A stretch of 63,756 nucleotides of DNA, filler included, from Rhabdomonas costata (lineage: Eukaryota): NCBI GenBank assembly GCA_019059605.1. It is 44 parts of 44 records of this genome, joined end to end, with 100 filler letters (N's around TTAATTAATTAA, not from the genome) between each part and the next. Parts side by side here need not be neighbours in the genome. Positions count along the whole stretch, not along the records: positions 50,807 to 52,157 come from JAHMHO010018527.1; positions 52,258 to 53,607 come from JAHMHO010018528.1; positions 53,708 to 55,058 come from JAHMHO010018529.1; positions 55,159 to 56,508 come from JAHMHO010018530.1; positions 56,609 to 57,958 come from JAHMHO010018531.1; positions 58,059 to 59,408 come from JAHMHO010018532.1; positions 59,509 to 60,856 come from JAHMHO010018533.1; positions 60,957 to 62,306 come from JAHMHO010018534.1; 36 more parts are not named here. One strand, written 5' to 3'. The notes under the pieces were generated by a model that ran no database searches, was not told the origin of the DNA, and worked only from the letters and a program-made list of their open reading frames with translations. The position numbers were made by a program, and so were the translations under genes. Below, piece after piece: positions 51,008 through 62,608 of this stretch. Each line of letters opens with the position of its first letter. Position 1 is the first letter of the stretch.

Positions 51008-51715
51008 GCTCCCCGATTCCCGCGTCGGTGTACGTGGGCCTGGAGGTGGCGTGTAAGCTGCCCTTCGAGAACTTCGGCCACGTCGTGCTGGCCAACACTC
51101 CCATCCTAATGTATCGCATGTGTGACCAGTGGGTTCGTGTGCTCGTCGACGTCCCCCTCAGCGTGGGCTCCGGCGCGGACGCGATTAAGGTGTGTGAGTG
51201 GTCTGGTGGGACTCAGGAGGTGGGAGGTGGTGGGAGAGTCCTTTTTTTCGCTGCTGTGGTTGCATTGGTGATAATTACGTCTTTGCATAGTGAGGGTCCA
51301 ACTAATGGGTGCTGCAGCTTGGGGACTCTGCTGCTGATTCTGGCTCGTGCTTAGCGTGTCAGGCCGAGGCGTGTACTTTCTGGAACTTCGGTCCTTGAAG
51401 TGACCAAAACACCCTCGATTCGTGGCTGGGTGGCGGGTGTATCTCGGACTGGGGGCCTTTCTCTTTAGGTGTTTTTTGAGCCCCGCCCTCCCTTGTATTC
51501 CCTTTTGAATGCCGCAGCTAATTCTTGTGCTGATGTACCCATTATATATTTTTGGATGCTATAACTTCTGCACTGCTTTTTATAGGCCCACCTCATTGAC
51601 ACGGTGCCGCACCTCCCGGAGTGCGTGCGAGAGGGCTTCGCAGAAGCTGTGGGCCGGGGGCCGCTGCGGTCGATGACCAACCGGGTACTGCACCCGCGGC
51701 CCTACCTCGTACCCG
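51008..51715 (+). CDS. SQLE: Squalene monooxygenase (epoxidase), two exons (51008-51189, 51586-51715)
   Basis: SVYVGL...LPFENFGHVVLA..PILMY....RVLVDVP|...VPHLP...F.EAV....LRSMTN; SE-domain motifs; phase-0 join. Confidence 0.85.
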
Positions 51716-52711
51716 GTGTGTGTGCCTCCCCCTAGCTCAGTGTGCCCCCCTCCCTCGCCAAGCTTTTCTTCTGTTATTTGTTGCTTGCCTTTGATTGTCT
51801 GTACGCCGAGACGCGGGCTGCAAGGCTGATAACCCAGCGGGAGGTCGGTGACCAAGAATTAAAACATAATCGGCCTTCTCGAGAGACTCCTTCACTGGAA
51901 ATGTCGGTCACAAACACACTGGAGCAAAAGGGATATTGTAGGGAAAAACCGCTGCTAGAAAAACAATATCACTGCCGAAGGAGTGCTATTAATTTGAAGG
52001 GTCATGACTCAGGTTACCTAATCTTCTTCTTGCAAAAGTAGGTTTTGTTTTACTACTGTTTTACTACCCCTCACTTCAGAAGGGCTTCGGCAAGTCGAGG
52101 AAGGTGCGAGTGGGTGAACTGGTGTGGTGGGGTAGTAAAACAGTAGTAAAACAACACNNNNNNNNNNNNNNNNNNNNNNNNNNNNNNNNNNNNNNNNNNN
52201 NTTAATTAATTAANNNNNNNNNNNNNNNNNNNNNNNNNNNNNNNNNNNNNNNNNNNNGGGGGTTGTGTAATACCTCGCCACTCCTCTGCTATCGTGCAAC
52301 TTTTGATTTCCTCTGCAAGAGGTGGCTTCAATAAGTTTATTCGTACGCCCGGTTTCTCGAAGAGAGTTGAGCGAAGAGAGGGTCTAAAACAAGCCGAAAA
52401 GCAGGGTCAGACTCTGCTACAAGGACAGTACAAGTACAGGCTGTAGGGCAGTTCTAAGCTGGCCAGCCTTATAGGCTGCCTTGTCCCAAATATTTTTTAT
52501 GTGTCAGTTAGATCGGACCGCAAAACAGATTTCAGTGTCGAGTGTCGTTCGGCAGTTTCGAAACTGCCCAAACCTAAAGTTTCAAGTTGAAACACTTCAA
52601 ACCTGTCTCGAGGGACATGTTTCGCCTTCATGCCTTCATGGGGTACGTTCCCTTCAATTCGATGTGAATTTCTTTTGGTTATCGCCCACCGGGGGCGTTA
52701 AACGTGTCGGA

Positions 52712-52903
52712 CTTTGCGGTTCGCAACATTAGTTTTTGGGCGGAAGCCAGTCCACGGTTCGGTCGGAGCGCACGGTTGAGACGGGGCGTGCCATGGGTAG
52801 GGGGCTTGCAAATTTTGACTTTTGCTGTTTAGAGATGTTTAACGTTTAACCCTGCTAAACAGCAAATGAAACTTTTTTGTTTTTCAAAAGTCATTTTCCG
52901 AGC
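52712..52903 (+). repeat. Dispersed repeat family B, copy 1
   Basis: CGGAAGCCAGTCCACGG..CGGTCGGAGC, TTGACyTTTGCTGTT and TTTCAAAAGTyATTTTCCGAGC are shared, in order, with 59160-59394. Confidence 0.8.
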
Positions 52904-54218
52904 GGGGGGGGGAGGGTTAGGTTAAGTGATCTTGAACTCAGCAGACGATGTTATTTTTCCGATTATTACGATTAAGAAAAATTTCGGCCATTTATCGGCG
53001 TTACACGTTTAACGGTGTTTAACATGTAACGCCCCCGCCCCCCAATGCAACAGCCCCACTTTATTCGTTTGCTTGCGTGTTGCTCTTTCTTTGTGGTCTT
53101 TGCTTTCTTTTCTGCGCCTGCAAACAGAAGAATATGCCTTTTTGTTTTCTTGCTTTTGTGTCCAAGTTTAAATGTTGAAGTTTTGGGGTACTGGCTGAAG
53201 CCCAGAGACGGCTCCTCAACGGTGGAAGAGGATGCAGCTGATGGTGAGGACCCCCTCTCATTCCCGTTCGGTGGGTGGGACTTCCGTTCTCCCGCTGTTC
53301 CTGGCGATGTCCCTGCTGCTGTGCATGGGCTCTCACCTTCTGCCTTCACGGATTGTGAGCAGTGTTCCTCAAATGTGCCTTGGACAGCCCAATCGCTGTG
53401 CTGAATCTCTCATGAGGTTGTTAATTCCCTTCGACTTTTTTGCAAAGTCCAGAATCCCACAAAAAAAAAGCTCGTCACGGCGATTTTCGGGTGACATGGG
53501 GGTACGCAGATGGACCTTTTGTACACAATGGGCCCCCAAAACGCTAGGCCTTTCCTTACACCCTCAGGCCGGTACCCACCCATAGTTGGGGGTACGAAAT
53601 CCCTCTANNNNNNNNNNNNNNNNNNNNNNNNNNNNNNNNNNNNNNNNNNNNTTAATTAATTAANNNNNNNNNNNNNNNNNNNNNNNNNNNNNNNNNNNNN
53701 NNNNNNNTTTTTTGTGTTCTTTTTGGTTCCTGGTAGTTGGTCGACCGATTCTTTGCGAATTCAACGCTTCTTTTTTTCTTCCATTTTAAGAACCGAAGAT
53801 AGCATGAAAAGAGGACGGATTCAAAGCATGATTCATGTAAAAACTTCGGAGGGGGAGAATCCGTGGATTACAAAAAAACCACCACTCAGCACTCAGCCAC
53901 GGGCCCACCGCTTTCATCCACAGTATACAGCAGTGCACACGCACGCACCAGGGCTCCACAAAACCAGGATTCGCTCTCCATCGCACACACCACATGGAAA
54001 CAGCTATATATAACACGATTTCTCCAGAGAGGGAAAACCCAAGTTTTGAGGACTCCCAACCAACCCGGAAGGCTGAGGCAGTGTGTGGCCAGGCCAACCC
54101 CTAACTTCCCCCGAGCAGTTCCGCGACTCATCTTCTCCATGTTCAGAAACGTAGAGAGGAAGAAGACGAAGGAGAGAGAAGAGCACTGCAGGAGAAGAGC
54201 GGCAGGGGTGGGGGCGGC

Positions 54219-55000
54219 TTAGTGGTGGCCGTGGCCGCCATCGTCGTGGATGGTGTGGGTGTGGTGGCCGCGGCGCACCAACCCCTTGTAGCCCCCGTTC
54301 AGGCCGTCGTCGTAGCCCGCCTTGTTCTAAAAGTCACACCCAGGTGCAAGGTGGGCACGCTTTCTACAACCACTGCAATGATCTTTCGGCTGAAGGCTGA
54401 AATGTTTCTCGAGCCCAGCGGGCTGGTCCATTTTCTTTCTGCACAATGCTCTCGGAATCATTTTCTGTTTCATAATTCGAGGGTTGGAGACGGAGAAGTG
54501 TAAGTATGTGAAGCGCAGAGTTGACGGGGGGGGGGCATACCCACGGCCCCTTCAGGTTGAACAGGCCCTTCTCCCGGCCGCTCTGAAACGCACAGACACA
54601 CAGACACATACCAACACGAAGGAGAAGCTGCGGCACAATCAAAACGCGACGTCGAAGTCGAAACCAAATGCTTAACCTTGAAAAATAATCTTAATCTCAA
54701 AAAAAGAGCCTCAGAAACGTTTCAGGGTTTTTGGCTTTTGGGAAAAGATGCCACCAAAAATGCGAAAACTTGCAATTGGCTGCCCCGCCGTATCACGAAG
54801 AAAGTCACACAGTTCGGAATGAAAGGGTCCCGTGTACAGAGTACAAGGTCTAGTGCTTGGTTGGATTGTACCGCAGGAAGCAATTGGGAACTACTCTCCC
54901 AATTCGGATGATGGAAAGGAAGCGGGATGGAGCAAACGTCACAGCATACAGCGTAGGTCTTGCTCAGGAGGTCATAGTCGGGGTGCTCGTGCAGCATTTT
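54219..55000 (-). CDS. Last three small exons (55000-54950, 54582-54541, 54326-54219) of an unknown protein with a His-rich C-terminus
   Basis: Phase-0 GT-AG exons: KMLHEHPDYDLLSKTYA|SGREKGLFNLKGPW|NKAGYDDGLNGGYKGLVRRGHHTHTIHDDGGHGHH-TAA. Confidence 0.6.
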
Positions 55001-55768
55001 CTGCAAGAAAGCGAGCCCGACTTCCTCCAATTCCACACAAGCACACCCCAACCCCCCCNNNNNNNNNNNNNNNNNNNNNNNNNNNNNNNNNNNNNNNNNN
55101 NNTTAATTAATTAANNNNNNNNNNNNNNNNNNNNNNNNNNNNNNNNNNNNNNNNNNNNGGGGTGGGGTGGAGGGTGGGAGAGGGAACCACCTGGCGAGGA
55201 TGTTGGGGTCTGTAGGGACGCGGGAGACCAGTCGGTTGAACCACTCCACCGCGCTGCGTGAGTGAAGGACATCACAGAAGATTTCAAAACAGAACAGGCA
55301 AGTCCACAGTTCAGGCCGCCGTCCATGGAGATGACATTAGTCTTTCGATTTGTTGGGTTAGGAGCAATGCGGTCAGCATCTACCTATCTACCTGCGGCTC
55401 GACAATAGCTGCGACTAAGCTCTGGTGCTGGAGAGAGATCCTGGGAAGCAGAAGCGATATGCAAACATACCCAGCACCCCATTTTCTGTCCCAGCAATAC
55501 AGCAAGGGTTACAAGCTAAGCTGAATAGATAGCTGATTTCGGCACAAGCCATCGCAGGTGACACCAGGCCTCTCAATAATGGTCTCGAGAGATAAAAAAC
55601 TATTATTTGGATTAAGGATGTCCAGTCAGATCGAGTCAGATCGAATCGAATAGGACCTTAAAGCGTTCTGTGCGATGTGATGAGGAATGCAGAGGTGTGT
55701 GTTATGCAAGTGGGTTGGCGCAAAGAGGAGAGAAGAAGGGAAGGTGGGAAATGGGGCAGGGAGGCGAC

Positions 55769-56178
55769 CTGTGATAATCTCCCATCAGCTCGTGCAGGTT
55801 GGCGATGTGGTACACCACCTCCGTGCTGTCCGGGATCATCGCCTGCAGCCTCTTGAACATCAGCATGGCCTCCTCGTACGCACACAGGTGCTTCGTGGTC
55901 AGCCCCAAGTTGTAGATCGCCTCCACACAGTCCGCCTCCACGGAGAGCGCGTCCATCAGCAGGGCCTTGGCCTTGTCATACTCCTGCTTGACGTAATGGA
56001 AGTTCGCGCGGTTCACCAGGGCCCGCGCGTTGTACTTGTCCGCCGAGATCGACATCTCGGCGTACTTCAGGCCGTTCTCGACGTCCCCCTCGAGGTAGTA
56101 CAGGTAGGACAGGTTGGTCGCCGCTCGGGCCTTCAAGGCCTTGTCCTTCTTCTCAAAGGCCTTCAGCGCTTCAATGGC
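55769..56178 (-). CDS. IFT88: Intraflagellar transport protein 88 (TPR) exon
   Basis: AIEALKAFEKKD...AATNLSYLYYLEGD...ADKYNARALVN...ALSVEADCVEAIYNLGL, characteristic IFT88 sequence; CAG/GT borders. Confidence 0.93.
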
Positions 56179-56608
56179 CTGTTGGAAGAAAAGGTAGAGG
56201 AGCCTTAAAGGAATCGAAGCAAGTCCCTCACGCGCCGATCTACAGGCACGCGACTCATGGATCTCCAATTGCGACTCGGAGATCTATGTGCGGAGCTCCA
56301 CTATTTCTTGTGAGTTGGTAATGGCCTTCTCGCCGCAACCCTACACATCAGTCGCCGCGGTGCTCAAGAGATCGCTATAAACCCCAGCAACGCGAAAATG
56401 TGATGCCACGTTTCCAGTTTCTGGCAACAGGAGTAAACACAGCGCTCCAATGACTGATGAATGATGAAAGACAGAACCCATTTGCACGCAGACATCGGAC
56501 AAAAAACANNNNNNNNNNNNNNNNNNNNNNNNNNNNNNNNNNNNNNNNNNNNTTAATTAATTAANNNNNNNNNNNNNNNNNNNNNNNNNNNNNNNNNNNN
56601 NNNNNNNN

Positions 56609-57460
56609 ATGGGGAGCTGGGCGCGGGAGTCTCCGGAGCAGCGGAGCGGGTGGTGGAACTTGCGATGATGAGGTCGAAGAGCACGCCCATGGGAAGGTGC
56701 CTGGGATCGGGGGAGGGGGGAGGAAAAACACCGCAGAAAGCATAAAAAAGAAGGCCACCCGCTCGACAGCAGAGCCATTACCGCCTTCGAGGGTCTTCAT
56801 CCAGGCATTTGCCGTTGAGCCCGAGCACAGGACGGTTTTGGACGGTCGTAAGCCGAATCTGTGGCAAGACCCCGCGGCACTTATCAGCCCAAAAGCCTCC
56901 CCCCAGTCCCTAAGCACATGAAAAAAGGAAGGAGGAGCCTAGGGCAACCGGGCAATAGGTAAAAGCCTAGCGCTTCTCCAGTCTACAAGCCAAGCAAAGT
57001 AGCCATTGTTTCCAGCTGCGAGCAGCTGATGCTCGGATGGGCGGAGTGAGTGCTTTTTTAGAAGCCTTGAATGGTGAGCTCGCAGCACGTGAACTGCCGC
57101 CTCAACAGGTGGGGAAACGCTCCCTTTTATCGAGCGTCCTCTAGAAGCCCTCGTCGGATTGAGGGGAGCTTTGAAAACGGAACTGATGTTTGGACCTTTG
57201 TGTAGCACATTGTTTCCCCCTTAGTTTCCTGTGGAGGTGTTTTCTGTGCTGTTCACTGGGGGAAACAAAAAACAATAAGGAAGTGTTCCACACCACTTCA
57301 CAGGGGCGTCCGCGTAGCTCAGCCATAGCTCCATCTGCTCTGGCAGCACCTGCACCGCGGAGCTCTGGAAGTGCTCCGTGAGCTCCCGGACGTAGAACGG
57401 TAGGTAGGACACCCGAGGAATGGCCCGCTGGAAGGGCTGCGGCTTCTCCAGCACCCCAAC
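56609..57460 (-). CDS. ATG5: Autophagy protein 5, two exons (57460-57294, 56700-contig end)
   Basis: IPRVSYLPF....EHF...LWLSYADAPVK(W|)HLPMGVLFDL; the ATG5 PxKWHxPxGVLFDL motif is restored across a phase-2 intron. Confidence 0.9.
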
Positions 57461-58481
57461 CTGGTCACGGAGCGCCGGAAAAGCCCATTTTCGGCACATC
57501 TTAACTCTTTTCATTATGCACAGGCTTCGGAAACGCCATAGCTGTATTTGGGACAACCTTGGAGACATTTGGTCTCTCCCTGGTTACTTTAAGAGCGCAA
57601 CTCGGGAGAATATTCATTTCCATCCCCTCTGGCTGTCCTCCATCTTCACTCCAAAACACGTCGGAAAACCTCGCACACTTCGTTCACGGGCAATCGTTCT
57701 TTGGGGGGACATCTCCGGGGAAAACCTAATGATCCTGAAAATCTTCGGTTTAAGGTGCTTCTTTCACTTCTTCCTATTCATGGCCCCAGTCGAGCTGCGA
57801 CTACTGGGCAATTCATCCACCCAAAAGGGCTCAGGGTTCTCATTCCAAGCGCATCCGCGCCCCCACTCTGCTCCCTCCTTTGTTCCTTCTCACCTCGCAG
57901 TCTGCCAGTACAAACTCAACGGGGATGAAGTGCTTCCAGAACTCTCGCTCCACCGCTGNNNNNNNNNNNNNNNNNNNNNNNNNNNNNNNNNNNNNNNNNN
58001 NNTTAATTAATTAANNNNNNNNNNNNNNNNNNNNNNNNNNNNNNNNNNNNNNNNNNNNGTTGGGTTGTCGTTAATGCATAAATGCCAGTGTGGTCAATCC
58101 CTGAATCACGGAACTGCATGCTGCGATTGGGACACGTCGTGAATACGATTATCCTCTTCCAAGACACCCTTCTGATGTTAGAACTATATACAATACAATA
58201 CCGAGTACAAAACACCAAGAATGAGCGCGCGAGCACAGACACACACAGAGCCCGGGTGAAGGGGGTCCGGCACTGAAATCGGCTCCAATCATTTCATTCA
58301 CGGTCCATCACGCTGGTCTCGATCAGCCGTTACGTTGCACCTCCCCACCCAAAACAAACCCTGTGAAACATATGCGCCTCAGAATGGGAATATACGTTGC
58401 CTGCAGATAGGCGTCTCGAGCAACCACAATACTTGAGGTGATGGCTGAGAAGTCTTTCTCACCGCACACACGAGCACACAC

Positions 58482-58671
58482 CGGTCCAGGGTCCACACCA
58501 CAAGCTTCTCGACCGAAGGGTCCGGCCGCAGCACCCCTGTGGTGGCCCCGGGGCTGTACCTCAGGTTACTAAACTCTCCGAACTTTGCCACCACGGCGTC
58601 CCATATGCTCTCTGTGCGGTCCACCAGGCCAGCCTCCACGCGCTCCTTGTCCGAGTTGCCCAGGAAAGTTC
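58482..58671 (-). CDS. Myotubularin-family phosphatase, C-terminal exon
   Basis: GTFLGNSDKER......RTESIW......FSNLRY......VLRP......LVVW matches the myotubularin FGTFLxNxxxER...TxSxW...FxNxxY signature. Confidence 0.8.
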
Positions 58672-59159
58672 CTTACAACGGAAGGCACACGCATGCACGC
58701 ACAGGTACACCCACACGCACACGCACACCCACATCCTCGCAGGCACACGCATAGCAAGAGGAGGGAGAGAGGTGTGTGAGTAAGCAGACGGAGGAAGCTA
58801 TACAGCAGTTGTTCTAAGAGGGCTCAACGCCCAAGGAACGCCGCCCGGTGGGGTGAAATTGTCAAATGCGAGCAAGGAGCAGTAGGCAGCAGGTGGTCGT
58901 AAAAAGGGCCGTAAAAATAATCCGGCGCTAATGTCTAAGCTCAGCGTTCACCAGTACACCATTGTAAAGGGAACAACAGAGGTGCAAGCTAATACAACAC
59001 TGAGGGATCCACAAGAACCTGGAAAGGATTCTCTCTGATTCGGCCTGGGGTCTTTTGTACACACCAAAACGTCACAACAAAACACCACAACCTCCACAGG
59101 TTGTACAGGTTGTGGGAAAATTGTATTTTTTTGGTGGGGGGAGGGGGGTGCTGACTGTT

Positions 59160-59394
59160 TAACGGCTTAAAACGTTTTGTACTCTGTGGATCGACTGAGA
59201 ACACATCGGTTTAGGAGCGGTGGCAAGCCGTCGCGCAGCGGCGGGCGGCGGAAGCCAGTCCACGGCGCGGTCGGAGCAGACGGACGAGGCGGGGACGTGC
59301 AGTTGACCTTTGCTGTTAATCGTTCAGCATGGTTACACGTATAACAGCGTTAAACGCCAAAGAAAAATTTCTTTTCAAAAGTTATTTTCCGAGC
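59160..59394 (+). repeat. Dispersed repeat family B, copy 2
   Basis: Same ordered blocks as 52712-52903. Confidence 0.8.
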
Positions 59395-59627
59395 ATACCC
59401 ACCACACANNNNNNNNNNNNNNNNNNNNNNNNNNNNNNNNNNNNNNNNNNNNTTAATTAATTAANNNNNNNNNNNNNNNNNNNNNNNNNNNNNNNNNNNN
59501 NNNNNNNNGGGTTTGTGGGGTTCGAAGTGTGTGGTGGGTCGGCATTCTTAGGTCCGTGGGGTTCGTGTTGTGGTTACCGGTGCTCATCAGTTGTTCTCTT
59601 GCGGTAAGGCGTAAGGGCTATTACGAC

Positions 59628-60230
59628 CTAAAGTTGGTATTTGTGTGAAACGCGCCATATCCGACGTAGGAGTCGGAGAAAGACGGGGTGCGCAACAGGT
59701 GAACAACCGGACAACAAGGCAGTGCTGTCAGTGATGATTAAGATGTGAGGGAGGGAGCGCAAGCCAGCCTGTCGCAGGCAGATGGAATACAGTTTGGCTT
59801 GTTTTTGTGTTAGAACCCATGGAGGTGGAAGAGTGGAGGTAAGGAAAAGAAGATTGTGGTTAGGTACCGACGGGGAAAGGGGTGGTGGTAACACTTTTTG
59901 CGTTTAGCAGGAGCCTTGCCTGTTGGAGGAGACAGGTGTAGTGTGTGCACAAAGTCAAGAAATAAGTGTCGGGATGAGCGAGCAAAATGTCGTCGGGTAT
60001 ATGATTCTCGAATGCAGCTGGCCCGTACCGACGATTTGAAGGATTGACAGAACGTTTTTGCTACTATGTAATCGGTCGAAGTTGATGTCCGCTCCAAGCG
60101 GGATAAGGTTGCATCTCCCCGTGTTACGGTATCGTTTGTATGGTGGTGTCAATGCTGGTGGTGGTGATCCTGCTGCTGGTGCCTTCCCAATGCCAAGGTG
60201 GCAACATCCATAGGGGTAGAGGGCATCAGC
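59628..60230 (-). pseudogene. Possible decayed RT/RNase H of a DIRS-order element
   Basis: TQKQAKLYSI...HILIITDSTA resembles RNase H (AEL / hhhxxDN); upstream LGADIN resembles RT LGxxIN; several frameshifts. Confidence 0.3.
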
Positions 60231-61527
60231 ATCTGGTGTGAGGGGTAGTGCGTGTAGGGTGATGACTACTATGTCTTATGTGGTTATGCATATGTACCAA
60301 TACCACCAGATGTTGTAAGCACCCATGTTGTGGCCGTTGGTGGGTCATCGGTGTCAACCGAAAATACGGGCAAAAGGCTTGGACTCTTGGAGCTATGGAA
60401 GCGGAGTTTTTCGTTGTGTTTTCGCCTGACTGGAAGTTTTCCTCGCAGGCTATTTCGATGAACTTGTGCACAGGGAATTCACTGGGTCATGATTGTCGGC
60501 ACGAAGAGGAGCGTATGGATGGCGGACATCAACTCCAGCATCCCGCTTACGGTGGGTCTGGAGGTGGGCTGCGCCGCTGGGTAAGCCATGCTCCATCGGA
60601 TTCCTCTTCGCAAAAGCACTGTTGCCTTTGCCCTTTTATTTTCAATGATTTAGCATGTTGCCAGCCGGGCTCTTAAATCAATTTGGAGCGCAATGGTGAA
60701 CGTTTCTCTGGTTGTGTCATGCTAAGCTGAGATGAAACTTTACGGTGAAACCAGAGTAATCGTCAAGGTCTGGCCCACATTTAGGCCGTACTGTGATCAG
60801 CCCCTTATAGACTTGATAACGAAGGCCCAAGCCCACATCCTTTTCTCCAAAACACANNNNNNNNNNNNNNNNNNNNNNNNNNNNNNNNNNNNNNNNNNNN
60901 TTAATTAATTAANNNNNNNNNNNNNNNNNNNNNNNNNNNNNNNNNNNNNNNNNNNNGGGGGTGTGGAGAGGGTTGCTGCGGTCATGCCGCTCTATAGAGG
61001 AGGTCGTGGGATGCCTCTGGTTTTGCAGTTATTCCTTTTTTCTGAGTACTTACGTTCATTCTCCCCGGTGCCAAAAACAGCAGGAAGGGTTGAACAAAGA
61101 AGAGGTCACAGAGCGAGGGCTTTTCCGTTAACACCTTTGGGGACTGGGAAGAGGGCAGGAGGAACGAGCAGATCCCATGCCTTCCTTCAAGCGTGTCGTG
61201 TAGTCCTGTGGGGAATTGATTGCCGGAGCACCCTCAACTAAAATGTGCTTGACCCCCATCTACGTGCGGGTGCACGTCCGCCCGTACGTGATCTGTGATG
61301 ATGTTTCTCAGCGTGCTGCCTGTGCTGTGTTTGTGTGCATGTATTGTCTGTGTGTTTATGCGCAAAGTGTGTGTGGGTGTGAAGCGGCAGGCCGAGGAAG
61401 TGTATTCGAAAGCCCACTGGAGGAAAAAAACCCCCACCAAAGCAAAGCCTAGTGCACGTTGTGTGTCTGAGTGGATCGATGGATGAGTGTGTTTATGTAT
61501 GTACACAGAGCGGTGCATACTCGAAAA

Positions 61528-61721
61528 TGAAGCCCACCACGAAACTCGTGGTGGTGGTCTCCGTGATGACCCTGGTGATGTGCCTCGCCGTGGCGGCGAC
61601 GGCGATCGGGCTGAGCTTTGGCAGCGCAGTCCGGATGCAGGAGGAGAACCTCCAGAAGCAGCTTGACCTGGTGGTGAACGCCGTGGAGAGCTTTGCCGTG
61701 ACCCAGGCTCAGCAGCAAGTG
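61528..61721 (+). CDS. Exon with an N-terminal TM anchor of a sensor-type membrane protein
   Basis: MKPTTKLVVVVSVMTLVMCLAVAATAIGLSFG followed by an amphipathic helix; GTATGT donor. Confidence 0.55.
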
Positions 61722-62608
61722 GTATGTCCGGGCATCCCCATGAAACACGCTTCGGATTGAGTGTGAGTTCGGTGGAAGGGTACAATATTTCCGATTGTGC
61801 ACACCAAGGAGTAGATTCAAGAGCAACAGCCTTTGTGTCACCATTTTGTTCATGCTTTTTTAGTTTTAGTATCTGAAATTAGTATTTGAAAATATGTCGT
61901 CCTGCCGCATAGCCCACCTTTGGTTCAATTCAAGTTCTGTGAGAACTTTCGGGCGACTCCTGTGATCAGGTGACGACCACCCTTGTACAGCTTCGGGAAT
62001 TCCCCCCGGTCATCGGTGGTAATCCTGCGATGGAGAACTAAGTTGGACAGCCTTTCCATCTTTCTTCAGGGAAATAAGCTAGTGCCTGAAACCACAAAGA
62101 AAAAAATGAAGGAATTTCCAAAACCCACAAAACGTTCTGAAATGCGTTCCTTTTTCCTTGTCCGGTTTATGAGGTAATTTTCAGTGTAGACGTAACGTTA
62201 AAAAACACGAAGCTTTTTTTTGGTGCGCAAGGTGTGGAAGGAGGCTCGTCACACACCCACACACAACCGCACATCTCAGTTAAGCCAGCAGTATGATACC
62301 GCGGTGNNNNNNNNNNNNNNNNNNNNNNNNNNNNNNNNNNNNNNNNNNNNTTAATTAATTAANNNNNNNNNNNNNNNNNNNNNNNNNNNNNNNNNNNNNN
62401 NNNNNNGGGGTGGGTTTGGGGAAATCACTGAAGGGTGCTGTCGTACCAGTTGATGGCGCGTGATATTATACATTCAACTGTCTCCGCCGTTTGTCGCTGC
62501 CGCACCGCTTTTGCCAGTGGATAAATTTTCTCTCTCCCTTCTGAATTCACGGAGTGACACTTCCCACTTTTCTTTCTTGCGTTTTCTGACACCTCTCTTT
62601 TGCTTTAG

